41,514 nt of DNA from a virus (IMGVR_UViG_3300002490_000103:1-41514), one strand, 5' to 3'; shown: positions 8,506-17,973, numbered from the stretch's first letter. Translations and numbers: made by a program. The notes: generated by a model from the letters alone, not told the origin.

Positions 8506-10182
8506 ATGATGCTCCGCCCCCGCCAAGCCCTGCTGGTCGAGCGCTCTTTGGCGGCGCTCGCCCAACACGGCAACACCCTATCTGTTGGCCCCACCGGGTC
8601 GGGCAAGACCATCATGCTGTCGGCGGTGGCCGGCAGCTTGTTGGCCGAGCCAGATGCCAAGGCCTGCATCCTCGCTCATCGCGATGAACTGACCGGCCAG
8701 AACCTATCCAAGTTTGCACGGGTGAATCCGGGCGTCAGCACCTCCGTGTTCGATGCCAAGGACAAATTCTGGTCCGGGCGCGCCACATTCGCGATGGTGC
8801 AAACGCTGTCGCGCGACAACCATCTCGCTGCCATCCCGATCCTCGATCTGCTGGTGATCGATGAAGCGCATCACGCAGCCTCGGCCTCGTACCGCCGCGT
8901 GATCGACCGGGTGCTGGACAAGAACTCGCGCGCCCAGATCTTCGGGGTCACGGCGACGCCTGCCCGCAGTGACGGCAAGGGATTACGGGAGGTCTTCAGC
9001 AACGTGGCGGATCAAATCACCCTCGGCGAGCTGATCGCCTCCGGCCACCTCGTGCCGCCACGCACCTTTGTCATCGACGTCGGCGCCCAGGAGCAGTTGA
9101 CGCGGGTCCGGCGCACGGCCACTGACTTCGACATGACGGAAGTCGAGGCGATTCTCAACAAGACGCCCATCACCGATGCCGTGATCCGTCATTGGCGTGA
9201 GAAGGCCGGCGACCGCAAGACGATCGTGTTCTGCTCGACCGTCGCCCATGCCGAATGTGTGCGCCAGGCCTTTCAGGATGCCGGTGTATCCGCCGTGATC
9301 GTGCACGGCGAGCTCTCAGACGCAGAGCGAAAGACACGACTGGCCGAGTACGAATCCGGTACCGCGCAGGTCGTGGTCAATGTGGCTGTGCTCACGGAGG
9401 GCTACGACTTCACGCCCACCTCCTGCGTGGTTCTGCTGCGACCCAGCTCGCACAAGTCGACTCTGACCCAGATGATCGGGCGTGGCCTGCGCACCATCGA
9501 CCCAGCGGAGCATCCGGGCGTCATCAAGACCGATTGCGTGGTCCTGGACTTCGGCACAGCGACCTTGATGCACGGATCTCTGGAACAGGACGTCAATCTC
9601 GACGGACACCAGCATCACGGCGAAGCGCCCACCAAGGACTGCCCGTCCTGTGAAGCCACCGTCCCGCTCGGCTGCCGCGAATGCCCTCTGTGCGGCTTCG
9701 TCTGGGAGAACGAGACCACCGAGGAAGGAGATGCGCTGGCCGATTTCGTGATGACCGAGATCGATCTGCTCAAGCGCTCCAACTTCCGCTGGTGTGACCT
9801 GTTCGGCTGCGACGACGCACTGATGGCGACTGGCTTCAACGCATGGGGTGGCGTCTTCTTCCTGAACGGCCGCTGGCACGCCGTGGGCGGCGGTAAGGAT
9901 CTGCAGCCGCGCTTGTTGGCTGTCGGCGACCGCACGGTTTGCATGGCCAAAGCCGATGACTGGCTGAACGACCGCGAGTCGGCTGACTCCGCGCACAAGA
10001 CCCGTCGTTGGCTGAACGAGCCGCCGACCGCGAAGCAACTCCAGTATCTGCCGCAGGCGCTGCGCGCCGACTTTGGCATGACGCGCTATCAGGCCTCGGC
10101 GCTGTTGTCCTTCCAGTTCAACAAGTCGTCGATTCAGCGCCTCGTGGTGGCTGCCAACGATGCCCACCGGGAGGCCGCGTGA
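8506..10182 (+). CDS. SF2 DEAD/DEAH-box helicase with Zn finger
   Basis: PTGSGKT, IDEAHH, TAT, QMIGRGLR, CPSC...CPLC. Confidence 0.93.
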   Translation: MMLRPRQALLVERSLAALAQHGNTLSVGPTGSGKTIMLSAVAGSLLAEPDAKACILAHRDELTGQNLSKFARVNPGVSTSVFDAKDKFWSGRATFAMVQTLSRDNHLAAIPILDLLVIDEAHHAASASYRRVIDRVLDKNSRAQIFGVTATPARSDGKGLREVFSNVADQITLGELIASGHLVPPRTFVIDVGAQEQLTRVRRTATDFDMTEVEAILNKTPITDAVIRHWREKAGDRKTIVFCSTVAHAECVRQAFQDAGVSAVIVHGELSDAERKTRLAEYESGTAQVVVNVAVLTEGYDFTPTSCVVLLRPSSHKSTLTQMIGRGLRTIDPAEHPGVIKTDCVVLDFGTATLMHGSLEQDVNLDGHQHHGEAPTKDCPSCEATVPLGCRECPLCGFVWENETTEEGDALADFVMTEIDLLKRSNFRWCDLFGCDDALMATGFNAWGGVFFLNGRWHAVGGGKDLQPRLLAVGDRTVCMAKADDWLNDRESADSAHKTRRWLNEPPTAKQLQYLPQALRADFGMTRYQASALLSFQFNKSSIQRLVVAANDAHREAA

Positions 10183-10601
10183 AATGTGCAGTCTGCTCAC
10201 GAAAGGCCAAGGGCTTCGGCCACTTCAATCCACGCCTGCCGCGCAGCGATCCACGACGTTACTCGGACCGCTGGGTGTTCTGCTCGATGCGCTGCCAGAA
10301 CGCATTTTCGCGACTCATGGAGAAGACGGGAGGTCACATGATCGATCCCAGTGATATGGAGCTCGCCGCCATGGCGTCCTGCCTGGCGCCGCTTGGCGAG
10401 TATGTCAGCTCCATCGGAATGCAACGACCTCTGGCGGACTACAGCAAAGACGAAGTTCTGACGCTGATCGACGTAGTAGTGACTGCCTACCAGGAACACA
10501 TGCTCGTCGAGCACGAGCGGATGGCAGAAAAGGAACGTGCTTTTCTCGAGCAGCGTCTTGTCCGCCAGGGCAAGACGGCGTCGAAAGGAGTGCCGTTCTG
10601 A
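10179..10601 (+). CDS. DUF6511-like Zn-binding hypothetical protein (GTG start)
   Basis: CAVC...FCSMRCQ; GTGA overlap with helicase; ends GVPF. Confidence 0.7.
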   Translation: MKCAVCSRKAKGFGHFNPRLPRSDPRRYSDRWVFCSMRCQNAFSRLMEKTGGHMIDPSDMELAAMASCLAPLGEYVSSIGMQRPLADYSKDEVLTLIDVVVTAYQEHMLVEHERMAEKERAFLEQRLVRQGKTASKGVPF

Positions 10602-11356
10602 TGCTGGATTTCAATCACCGCCCGAAGATCCATGAGCTGATAGGCGTGCTCATCGACGCGGCACTAAGCGCCGACCGTGACAACCAATCCCGTCGCAACT
10701 ACCTCGGTGCGTCGCGATTGGGCGTCGCCTGCGAGCGCGCGCTGCAATACGAGTATCTCCAAACACCTGTCGATGCTGGAAGGGAAATCCCGGGGCGCGT
10801 GTTGCGCATCTTCGAGGTGGGACACGCTCTCGAAGAGCTGGCCATTCGTTGGCTGCGCATGGCCGGATTCGATCTGTACACCCAAAAGGCCAGCGGCGGT
10901 CAGTTCGGCTTTTCCGTTGCAGGCGGCCGTATTCAAGGGCACGTCGATGGCGTCCTGAACGGCGGCCCCGCAGAGCTACGAATGAGCTATCCGGCCCTGT
11001 GGGAGTGCAAGACCATGAACGACAAGTCCTGGCGGGATACGGTCAAGCACGGCGTCAGCAAATCCAAACCGGTCTATGCCGCGCAGATGGCCATCTATCA
11101 GGCCTACATGGAAGCCAGCATCCCGGGCATTTCCGCGAACCCGGCGTTGTTTACCGCGATCAACAAGGACTCCGAGGAGATCTGGTTCGAGCTGGTGCCG
11201 TTCGATGGCGGCCTGGCGCAACGGATGTCCGATCGCGCGGTTCGTGTCATCACGGCGACCGACAGCCAGGAACTGTTGCCGCGCCATGCGACTACACCGA
11301 CGCATGTCGAGTGCAAGTTCTGCCCCTGGCAGGACCGCTGTTGGGGTTCGACATGA
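10601..11356 (+). CDS. PD-(D/E)xK Cas4-like exonuclease
   Basis: GHVDG, WECKT, Q.AIY and split Cys cluster (C...CKFCPWQDRC). Confidence 0.85.
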   Translation: MLDFNHRPKIHELIGVLIDAALSADRDNQSRRNYLGASRLGVACERALQYEYLQTPVDAGREIPGRVLRIFEVGHALEELAIRWLRMAGFDLYTQKASGGQFGFSVAGGRIQGHVDGVLNGGPAELRMSYPALWECKTMNDKSWRDTVKHGVSKSKPVYAAQMAIYQAYMEASIPGISANPALFTAINKDSEEIWFELVPFDGGLAQRMSDRAVRVITATDSQELLPRHATTPTHVECKFCPWQDRCWGST

Positions 11357-13542
11357 TGGCCGACAACATCATCTGGCTCGACTTCAATGACGCCCCCGAG
11401 CAGCGCGACGAACTGGCATCCGATACCGATGCGCTGCGTGCGGGGCTACTGGACCGGCTCGAAGCCGTTCTCCACTACCTGTTTCCGCAGGGGCGCATCC
11501 GAGGTGGAAAGTTCTACGTCGGCGATGTCGATGGCAACCCTGGCAAGAGTCTGGTGGTTGAACTCGACGGACCACGGCGCGGCCTGTGGAAGGACTTCTC
11601 CACCGACGAGGGCGGCGATGTCATCGATCTGTGGGCGCGGTCGCAGGGTCGCTCCGCACGCAGCGACTTCCCGCGCATCGCTGGCGAGATCCGGCAGTGG
11701 CTCGGTCTTGCTCCATCGAACATCACGCCGATGCGCCGCGATGTTCGCAGCGTGCCAATGGACGACCTCGGCGCTTACACCGCCAAGTGGGACTATCTGT
11801 CACCCGAGGGCGAACTGATCGCCTGCGTCTACCGCTACGACCCACCGACGGGCAAGGAATATCGCCCCTGGGATGTTCGTGCCCGCATGTGGCGCGCGCC
11901 CGACCCTAGGCCGCTCTACAACCTCCCGGTCATCTCGAGGGCGCGAGAGGTCGTCCTGGTCGAAGGCGAGAAGTGTGCGGCTGCATTGATCGCTTGCGGT
12001 ATTGCGGCCACCACCGCGATGAACGGCGCCAAGGCTCCTGTCGACAAAACCGACTGGCATCCGTTGGCGGGGAAATCCGTGGTCATCTGGCCGGACCGGG
12101 ATGCACCCGGCTGGGACTACGCCGAGAGCGCAGCGCGTGCTTGCGTGGCTGCGGGCAGCACATCCGTGGCCATCCTGGTGCCGCCCACCGACAAGCCACC
12201 CAAGTGGGACGCCGCAGACGCTGTCGACGAAGGGTTCGACTGCGCCGCATTCATCGCCCAGGGCGAACGCCGCGTGGTCAAGGCGGCGGCTCCCTCCCTG
12301 CCCACCTTCACGCTCGGCGAACTGCTCGACGATAACTCACCGCTGCCACCCGATCTGATCTCTCCGCGCGTGCTGACGCCGGCTGGCATGTTGGTGTTCG
12401 GCGGTGCGCCCAAGGTCGGCAAGAGTGACTTTCTGTTGTCGTGGCTGGCGCACATGGCGGCTGGCGCTGCTTTTCTGGGCATGCATCCACCCCGTCCGCT
12501 ACGTGTGTTCTACCTGCAGGCCGAGGTCCAGTACCACTACCTGCGCGAGCGCGTGAAGGATGTCCGCCTGCCGTCCCATCGGCTGTTGGATGCTCGCGCC
12601 AATTTTGTCGCCACACCGCAGTTGCGGCTGGTGCTCGATGACGCCGGTCTGGCGCAGGTGATCCCTGCGATCGCGAAGGCTTTTGGCGGCGAGCCTCCTG
12701 ACATCATCGCCATCGATCCCATCCGCAACGTGTTCGACGGCGGCGATGCCGGCGGAGAGAACGACAACGGCGCCATGCTGTTCTTCCTCTCGCAGCGGGT
12801 GGAGCGGATTCGCCAGGCGGTCAATCCCGACGCCGGGGTGATCCTCGCTCACCACACCAAGAAGCTAGGCAAGAAGCAGTTTGAGGAGGACCCGTTCCAG
12901 GCACTAGCCGGCGCAGGAAGCCTGCGCGGTTACTACTCGACCGGCATGCTGCTGTTCCGACCCGATGAAACGCGCACCACTCGCCAGCTCATCTTCGAGC
13001 TGCGCAATGGCGCGGGTATCCCGCAACGGCACGTCGACAAGATCAACGGTGAGTGGCGGGAAGTCGACGCCAACGAGCGGTTGGTGATGAAGGACTACGG
13101 CCAGCGCTTGGATGCCGAGCGCCGCCGCAAACGCGACGCGATCCTTCAGATCCTGTTCGAGGAGGCCGGCAGCGGGCGCTGCTACACAGCCAACCAGTTC
13201 GCCGAATCTTTCGAGGGCAAGGCCGGTCTGGGCGGCGAGCGCACCATCCGCGAACGCGTCTCCGCGCTCTCGACGCAGGGCTACATCAAGTATTTCCGCA
13301 ACGCGGCTGACTACGGTCTGCCCTCCAGCGGCCGCACCAAGTTCGGCTATCTCTGCGTCGAAGGCATGGTGCTGCGCATGCCAGCGGGCGATGTCGAAAC
13401 GGCCACCGGCGAGCTGCCGATGCGCGAGCACACGGTGCTCCCCACCCACTACAAGTGCCCGCATTCCGGCGCCTCGATGCCCGTCGAGAACCCAGATGTG
13501 TGGGTCTATCACGACGAACTGAACGATCCGGAGGCCCCATGA
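11353..13542 (+). CDS. Primase-helicase (Toprim plus RecA-like AAA_25)
   Basis: Toprim VEGEK and WPDRD, Walker A GAPKVGKS, IAIDP, HHTKK; start at 11353 or 11356. Confidence 0.9.
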   Translation: MMADNIIWLDFNDAPEQRDELASDTDALRAGLLDRLEAVLHYLFPQGRIRGGKFYVGDVDGNPGKSLVVELDGPRRGLWKDFSTDEGGDVIDLWARSQGRSARSDFPRIAGEIRQWLGLAPSNITPMRRDVRSVPMDDLGAYTAKWDYLSPEGELIACVYRYDPPTGKEYRPWDVRARMWRAPDPRPLYNLPVISRAREVVLVEGEKCAAALIACGIAATTAMNGAKAPVDKTDWHPLAGKSVVIWPDRDAPGWDYAESAARACVAAGSTSVAILVPPTDKPPKWDAADAVDEGFDCAAFIAQGERRVVKAAAPSLPTFTLGELLDDNSPLPPDLISPRVLTPAGMLVFGGAPKVGKSDFLLSWLAHMAAGAAFLGMHPPRPLRVFYLQAEVQYHYLRERVKDVRLPSHRLLDARANFVATPQLRLVLDDAGLAQVIPAIAKAFGGEPPDIIAIDPIRNVFDGGDAGGENDNGAMLFFLSQRVERIRQAVNPDAGVILAHHTKKLGKKQFEEDPFQALAGAGSLRGYYSTGMLLFRPDETRTTRQLIFELRNGAGIPQRHVDKINGEWREVDANERLVMKDYGQRLDAERRRKRDAILQILFEEAGSGRCYTANQFAESFEGKAGLGGERTIRERVSALSTQGYIKYFRNAADYGLPSSGRTKFGYLCVEGMVLRMPAGDVETATGELPMREHTVLPTHYKCPHSGASMPVENPDVWVYHDELNDPEAP

Positions 13543-14318
13543 ATATTGCCCAATCGGCAGTTGGCAGCGCCGTTGCCAACTGCACTAATTTCCTTGCCAA
13601 CTACCCGCAGTTGGCAAACCCCTGCCGACTGGAAGTCCAGTCAGATCAAGGCATTGCAGGGAATGACCCGCAGTTGGCAGTTGGCATCGCTGCCAACTTG
13701 CCAACTGGCGCAAACCCGCGCCATTGCTGGACTTTCTCCCTTTCTCCAGTTGGCGAAAACTCCCCCTCCTACTACGTAGGAGAGGGACCAGAGGGTCCCT
13801 CTGCCCTACGTCAGGGACTTGCCGGCCACCCGGGCTCAGATCATCGGCGGCCATCCGTGCCCTCGATCCTGGCACTGGACCTTGGCACCCAGACCGGCTG
13901 GGCAGTACGCGATCGCGACGGCGCCGTGACCAGCGGAACAGAATCCTTCAAGCCGCAGCGATTTGAGGGTGGCGGCATGCGCTACCTGCGCTTCAAGCGC
14001 TGGCTCACCGAGATCAAGCAGTCCTGCGATGGCATCGAAGCGGTGTACTTCGAGGAAGTCCGCCGCCACGCCGGCGTCGATGCGGCACACGCCTACGGCG
14101 GGTTCATGGCCCACCTCACCGCATGGTGCGAGCACCACCAGATCCCGTACCAGGGCGTTCCGGTGGGCACGATCAAGAAGCACGCCACCGGCAAAGGCAA
14201 TGCGAGCAAGGACCAGATGATCGGCGCCGTTCGTCTGCGTGGCCACGCGCCTGCCGACGACAACGAAGCCGACGCCATTGCCCTCCTGCACTGGGCGATC
14301 GAGACGCAGGAGGTGTGA
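13539..14318 (+). CDS. RuvC-like Holliday junction resolvase; start uncertain (13539 or about 13857)
   Basis: ILALDLGTQTGWA, VYFEEV, TIKKHATGKGNASK, DDNEADAIALL. Confidence 0.82.
   Translation: MNIAQSAVGSAVANCTNFLANYPQLANPCRLEVQSDQGIAGNDPQLAVGIAANLPTGANPRHCWTFSLSPVGENSPSYYVGEGPEGPSALRQGLAGHPGSDHRRPSVPSILALDLGTQTGWAVRDRDGAVTSGTESFKPQRFEGGGMRYLRFKRWLTEIKQSCDGIEAVYFEEVRRHAGVDAAHAYGGFMAHLTAWCEHHQIPYQGVPVGTIKKHATGKGNASKDQMIGAVRLRGHAPADDNEADAIALLHWAIETQEV
13559..13802. repeat. Cluster of about 10 AGTTGGCA octamers in both orientations plus two hairpins; putative replication origin
   Basis: Forward at 13559, 13609, 13672, 13679, 13748 (variant); reverse at 13574, 13595, 13623 (variant), 13691, 13699; directly after primase-helicase. 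Confidence 0.7.
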
Positions 14319-14319
14319 C

Positions 14320-14532
14320 ATGAAGGTTCCGACTCCCGCATACCGCTGTGCCCTGGCTCGACTGCAACCCGATCCGCGACCCGATCCGGAGCAGATCAAG
14401 CGCGAGGGCTGGCGCGACCAACAGATCCTGGTGATATCGCCCGACGACACGCGGCTCGACTGGGTCGAACGTGAACTGCTTCGCCGTATCGGCGATCGGC
14501 TGTACGGGCCGAAGGAGCGTCGACATGGCTGA
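14320..14532 (+). CDS. Hypothetical protein (70 aa)
   Basis: GGAGG RBS; fits between RuvC-like and DUF6362-like genes. Confidence 0.7.
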   Translation: MKVPTPAYRCALARLQPDPRPDPEQIKREGWRDQQILVISPDDTRLDWVERELLRRIGDRLYGPKERRHG

Positions 14533-14929
14533 GTGGACGATCGAGACTGTGGCGGACCGATTCATCGAGGCCGCACGAACCGCCCACCGCCTTCCTCCGG
14601 TTCGTGTGCAGGGCTACTTCAACTGCTGGCCGGCGATCAAACGCATGCCATGGGAAAACCTGGGAGCTGAGCCACGGGTCTACCGCTTTCCTCCCGAACC
14701 TGCTGCCATCGACCGGATGCTGGAGACCATACGGTGGGTTCAGTGGCTGGAAGAAGAACAGCGACACCTCGTCTGGATGCGAGCACAACGATATCCGTGG
14801 AAGGACATCTGCTGCCGCTTTGCCTGTGACCGGACAACCGCATGGCGTCGCTGGCAGACGGCACTGGAATTGGTCGCCGTGCACCTGCGGATGGAAAAGA
14901 AAACTGGGGCAGCCGGCAATTGCCGCTGA
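14525..14929 (+). CDS. DUF6362-like HTH protein, candidate late-gene regulator
   Basis: AAGGAG RBS; C-terminal sigma-region-4-like LVWMRA...WKDIC...DRTTAWRRW; last gene of early operon. Confidence 0.7.
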   Translation: MAEWTIETVADRFIEAARTAHRLPPVRVQGYFNCWPAIKRMPWENLGAEPRVYRFPPEPAAIDRMLETIRWVQWLEEEQRHLVWMRAQRYPWKDICCRFACDRTTAWRRWQTALELVAVHLRMEKKTGAAGNCR

Positions 14930-15068
14930 CGTTGGGTGTAGTTGCGAACAGTCGCGAAGTGGTTGGGAATCCTGCGTGTCGATGCGGGTTTCGGTCGCTT
15001 TTTGGCGTGCAACATCCTGAGGTTTTTTCGCTAGTATTACGGCTAATCTTGCGAGCATTGGGTGCGTA

Positions 15069-15103
15069 AAGGCCACGGAGCGATCTGTGGCCTTCTTCGT
15101 TTC
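15069..15103 (+). terminator. Terminator-like hairpin upstream of cos
   Basis: AAGGCCACGGA-GCGA-TCTGTGGCCTT followed by CTTCGTTT. Confidence 0.5.
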
Positions 15104-15133
15104 TGGCTCGCGATGGTCACGACCCGTTGCGAC

Positions 15134-15230
15134 GGGTCCTTCCCGGCCAGAAAGCAATGCGGGGGGCGCGAGCGCGGCGCTTTTTTAGCGTCAGACTGCA
15201 AACCTAGGTTTGCAGGGTTTGCAGTTTGCA
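15134..15230 (+). other. Putative lambda-like cos site (cosQ, cosN-like, cosB-like repeats)
   Basis: GGGTCCT at 15134-15140 equals lambda cosQ; G-rich GGGGGGCGCGAGCGCG about 20 nt downstream; 20-bp palindrome CTGCAAACCTAGGTTTGCAG (15196-15215) and further GTTTGCA copies; lambda gpA-type terminase present. Confidence 0.6.
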
Positions 15231-15255
15231 CCCGCCCCATCCAGCACACATCACG

Positions 15256-15294
15256 AACCCGCCCGCGGTTACCCCGTCGGCGGGTTTTCTTTTT
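15256..15294 (+). terminator. Intrinsic terminator directly before methyltransferase RBS
   Basis: AACCCGCC...GGCGGGTT followed by TTCTTTTT. Confidence 0.7.
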
Positions 15295-15307
15295 CGAGGA
15301 ACCGATT

Positions 15308-16717
15308 CTGAACACGCTCAACGTCGAGTACCGCAAGGTCGAGGCGCTGATCCCCTATGCCCGCAATCCGCGAACGCACACCGACGAGCAGGTAGCCAAG
15401 ATCGCCGCCAGCATCGTCGAGTACGGCTGGACGAACCCGGTTCTAGTGGATGGCGACAACGGCATCATCGCTGGCCACGGCCGCATGGCTGCCGCGCGCA
15501 AGCTCGGACTCGATGAAGTGCCGGTGATTGAACTCGCCCACCTGTCACCATCACAGAAGCGCGCCTACGTCATCTCCGACAACCGGCTGGCGCTCGATGC
15601 GGGCTGGAACGAGGAACTGCTTGCGCTGGAGTTGGCTGAGCTGTCCGACGCCGGGTACGACCTCACGCTGACCGGTTTTGAGGATGCTGAGATCGCAGCA
15701 CTGCTCGCAGACGATGCGAGAGCCGAAGAAGTCGCCCGAGAACAAGACGCCGATGAACCGGACGCCGCAGACGACGTGCCGGATGCACCTGTGTTGCCGG
15801 TGTCCCGCACCGGCGATGTCTGGGCAATCGGCACGCATCGCCTGATCTGTGGCGACGCCACCGACCCGATCGTGGTCGCTACGCTGATGCAAGGCGACGC
15901 GGCGCGCCTGTGCTTCACCTCGCCGCCCTATGGCAATCAGCGCGACTACACCTCCGGCGGCATCGTGGATTGGGATGGCCTGATGCGCGGTGTGTTCGGC
16001 AATGTGCCGATGGCCGACGATGGGCAGGTGCTGGTCAACCTCGGGCTGATCCACCGCGACAACGAAGTCATCCCGTATTGGGACGCGTGGCTCGGCTGGA
16101 TGCGTGCACAAGGCTGGCGGCGCTTCGCGTGGTACGTGTGGGATCAGGGGCCGGGCATGCCTGGCGACTGGGCCGGGCGCTTCGCCCCGAGCTTCGAGTT
16201 CGTCTTCCACTTCAACCGGCAGAGCCGCAAGCCCAACAAGATCGTGCCCTGCAAGCACGCAGGCCAGGAGTCGCACCTGCGCGCCGATGGCTCATCCACG
16301 GCCATGCGCAGCAAGGACGGCGAAGTCGGCGGCTGGACGCACAAGGGGCAGCCGACGCAGGACACCCGGATTCCCGACTCGGTGATCCGCGTGATGCGCC
16401 ACAAGGGCAAGATCGGTCAGGACATCGACCACCCGGCCGTGTTCCCGGTGGCGTTGCCGGCGTTCGCCATCGAGGCCTACACGGAATCGGGCGACATCGT
16501 GTTCGATCCGTTCGGTGGCAGCGGCACGACGATGCTGGCGGCCCAACGTACCGGTCGCGTATGCCGCGCCGTCGAGATCGCGCCGGAGTACGTGGATGTC
16601 GCCATCAAACGATTTCAACAGAACCATCCTGGCGTTCCAGTCACTCTGCTGGCCACCGGCCAATCCTTCGACGAGGTCGTCACGCAACGACTGCCAACCA
16701 CGGGTGCCGAGCAATGA
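15308..16717 (+). CDS. ParB-N-domain fused DNA methyltransferase (beta class, SPPY; probably m4C); probable CTG start
   Basis: LIPYARNPRTH...IIAGHGR..AA ParB domain; TSPPY; HPAVFP; DPFGGSGT; GAGGA RBS 7 nt before CTG. Confidence 0.88.
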   Translation: MNTLNVEYRKVEALIPYARNPRTHTDEQVAKIAASIVEYGWTNPVLVDGDNGIIAGHGRMAAARKLGLDEVPVIELAHLSPSQKRAYVISDNRLALDAGWNEELLALELAELSDAGYDLTLTGFEDAEIAALLADDARAEEVAREQDADEPDAADDVPDAPVLPVSRTGDVWAIGTHRLICGDATDPIVVATLMQGDAARLCFTSPPYGNQRDYTSGGIVDWDGLMRGVFGNVPMADDGQVLVNLGLIHRDNEVIPYWDAWLGWMRAQGWRRFAWYVWDQGPGMPGDWAGRFAPSFEFVFHFNRQSRKPNKIVPCKHAGQESHLRADGSSTAMRSKDGEVGGWTHKGQPTQDTRIPDSVIRVMRHKGKIGQDIDHPAVFPVALPAFAIEAYTESGDIVFDPFGGSGTTMLAAQRTGRVCRAVEIAPEYVDVAIKRFQQNHPGVPVTLLATGQSFDEVVTQRLPTTGAEQ

Positions 16718-17973
16718 GCGCTTCCTGGTTGGCCGACAAGATTGAGCAGTGGCCGACGGCCAAGCTGGTGCCTTACGCCCGCAATGCGCGCACCCACTCG
16801 GATGATCAGGTGGCACAGATCGCCGCGTCGATTGCCGAGTTCGGATTCACCAATCCGATTCTGGCCGGCAGCGATGGCGTCATCGTCGCCGGGCACGGAC
16901 GGCTCGCCGCCGCACAGAAACTCGGGCTGGACGTAGTGCCGGTGGTCGTGCTCGATCACCTGAGCCCCACGCAGCGCCGGGCCCTGGTGATCGCGGACAA
17001 CCGCATCGCCGAGAACGCCGGCTGGGATGACGCGATGCTGCGCATCGAGATCGCCGCTCTGCAGGGCGATGACTTCGATCTGTCGCTGACCGGCTTCGAT
17101 GCCGATGAGTTGGCGGAGCTGATGGCCGGCGACGAATCGGATGGCCAAGGCCAGACCGACGATGACGCCATGCCCGAGATGCCAGAGACGCCAGTCTCGC
17201 GTCCTGGGGATGTCTGGCTACTCGGTGGTCACCGCCTGTCGTGCGGCGATTCTACGGTCGCCGACAGCTACGACCGCCTTCTCGATGGCGCGCCGGTGGA
17301 CATGGTATTTACCGACCCGCCGTACAACGTGAACTACGCCAACAGCGCCAAGGACAAGATGCGCGGCAAGGATCGCGCGATCCTGAACGACAACTTGGGC
17401 GACGGCTTCTACGATTTCCTGCTGGCGGCACTGACGCCGACCATCGCCCACTGCCGGGGTGGAATCTACGTGGCGATGTCGTCCAGCGAACTGGATGTGC
17501 TGCAGGCAGCGTTCCGCGCCGCCGGCGGCAAGTGGTCGACCTTCATCATCTGGGCAAAGAACACCTTCACGCTGGGCCGCGCCGACTACCAGCGCCAGTA
17601 CGAGCCGATCCTGTACGGATGGCCCGAGGGCGCGCAGCGTCACTGGTGCGGCGACCGCGACCAGGGCGACGTCTGGAACATCAGGAAGCCGCAGAAGAAC
17701 GACCTGCATCCGACGATGAAGCCAGTGGAGTTGGTTGAGCGGGCGATCCGCAATTCGAGCCGCCCCGGCAACGTGGTGCTCGACCCGTTCGGGGGCTCCG
17801 GCACAACGCTGATCGCCGCCGAGAAGTCAGGCCGCGTCGCGCGGCTGATCGAACTAGATCCTAAGTACGTCGATGTAATCGTGCGGCGCTGGCAGGACTG
17901 GACGGGCAAGCAGGCCATACGTGAAGTGGATGGTGCATCGTTTGACCAGGTCGCAGATAGTCAAGAAACGTGA
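16714..17973 (+). CDS. ParB-N-domain fused DNA methyltransferase (beta class, DPPY; probably m6A)
   Basis: LVPYARNARTH...AGHGRL ParB domain; TDPPY; HPTMKP; DPFGGSGT; ATGA overlap. Confidence 0.92.
   Translation: MSASWLADKIEQWPTAKLVPYARNARTHSDDQVAQIAASIAEFGFTNPILAGSDGVIVAGHGRLAAAQKLGLDVVPVVVLDHLSPTQRRALVIADNRIAENAGWDDAMLRIEIAALQGDDFDLSLTGFDADELAELMAGDESDGQGQTDDDAMPEMPETPVSRPGDVWLLGGHRLSCGDSTVADSYDRLLDGAPVDMVFTDPPYNVNYANSAKDKMRGKDRAILNDNLGDGFYDFLLAALTPTIAHCRGGIYVAMSSSELDVLQAAFRAAGGKWSTFIIWAKNTFTLGRADYQRQYEPILYGWPEGAQRHWCGDRDQGDVWNIRKPQKNDLHPTMKPVELVERAIRNSSRPGNVVLDPFGGSGTTLIAAEKSGRVARLIELDPKYVDVIVRRWQDWTGKQAIREVDGASFDQVADSQET

Noticed and set aside
10601-11356. Cas4-like protein as sign of CRISPR-Cas
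   Set aside because: No array or other cas genes; such nucleases are routine in phage replication modules
15062-15307. N-terminal extension of methyltransferase 1 in the ORF track
   Set aside because: Runs through hairpins, putative cos and a terminator and has no protein-like character
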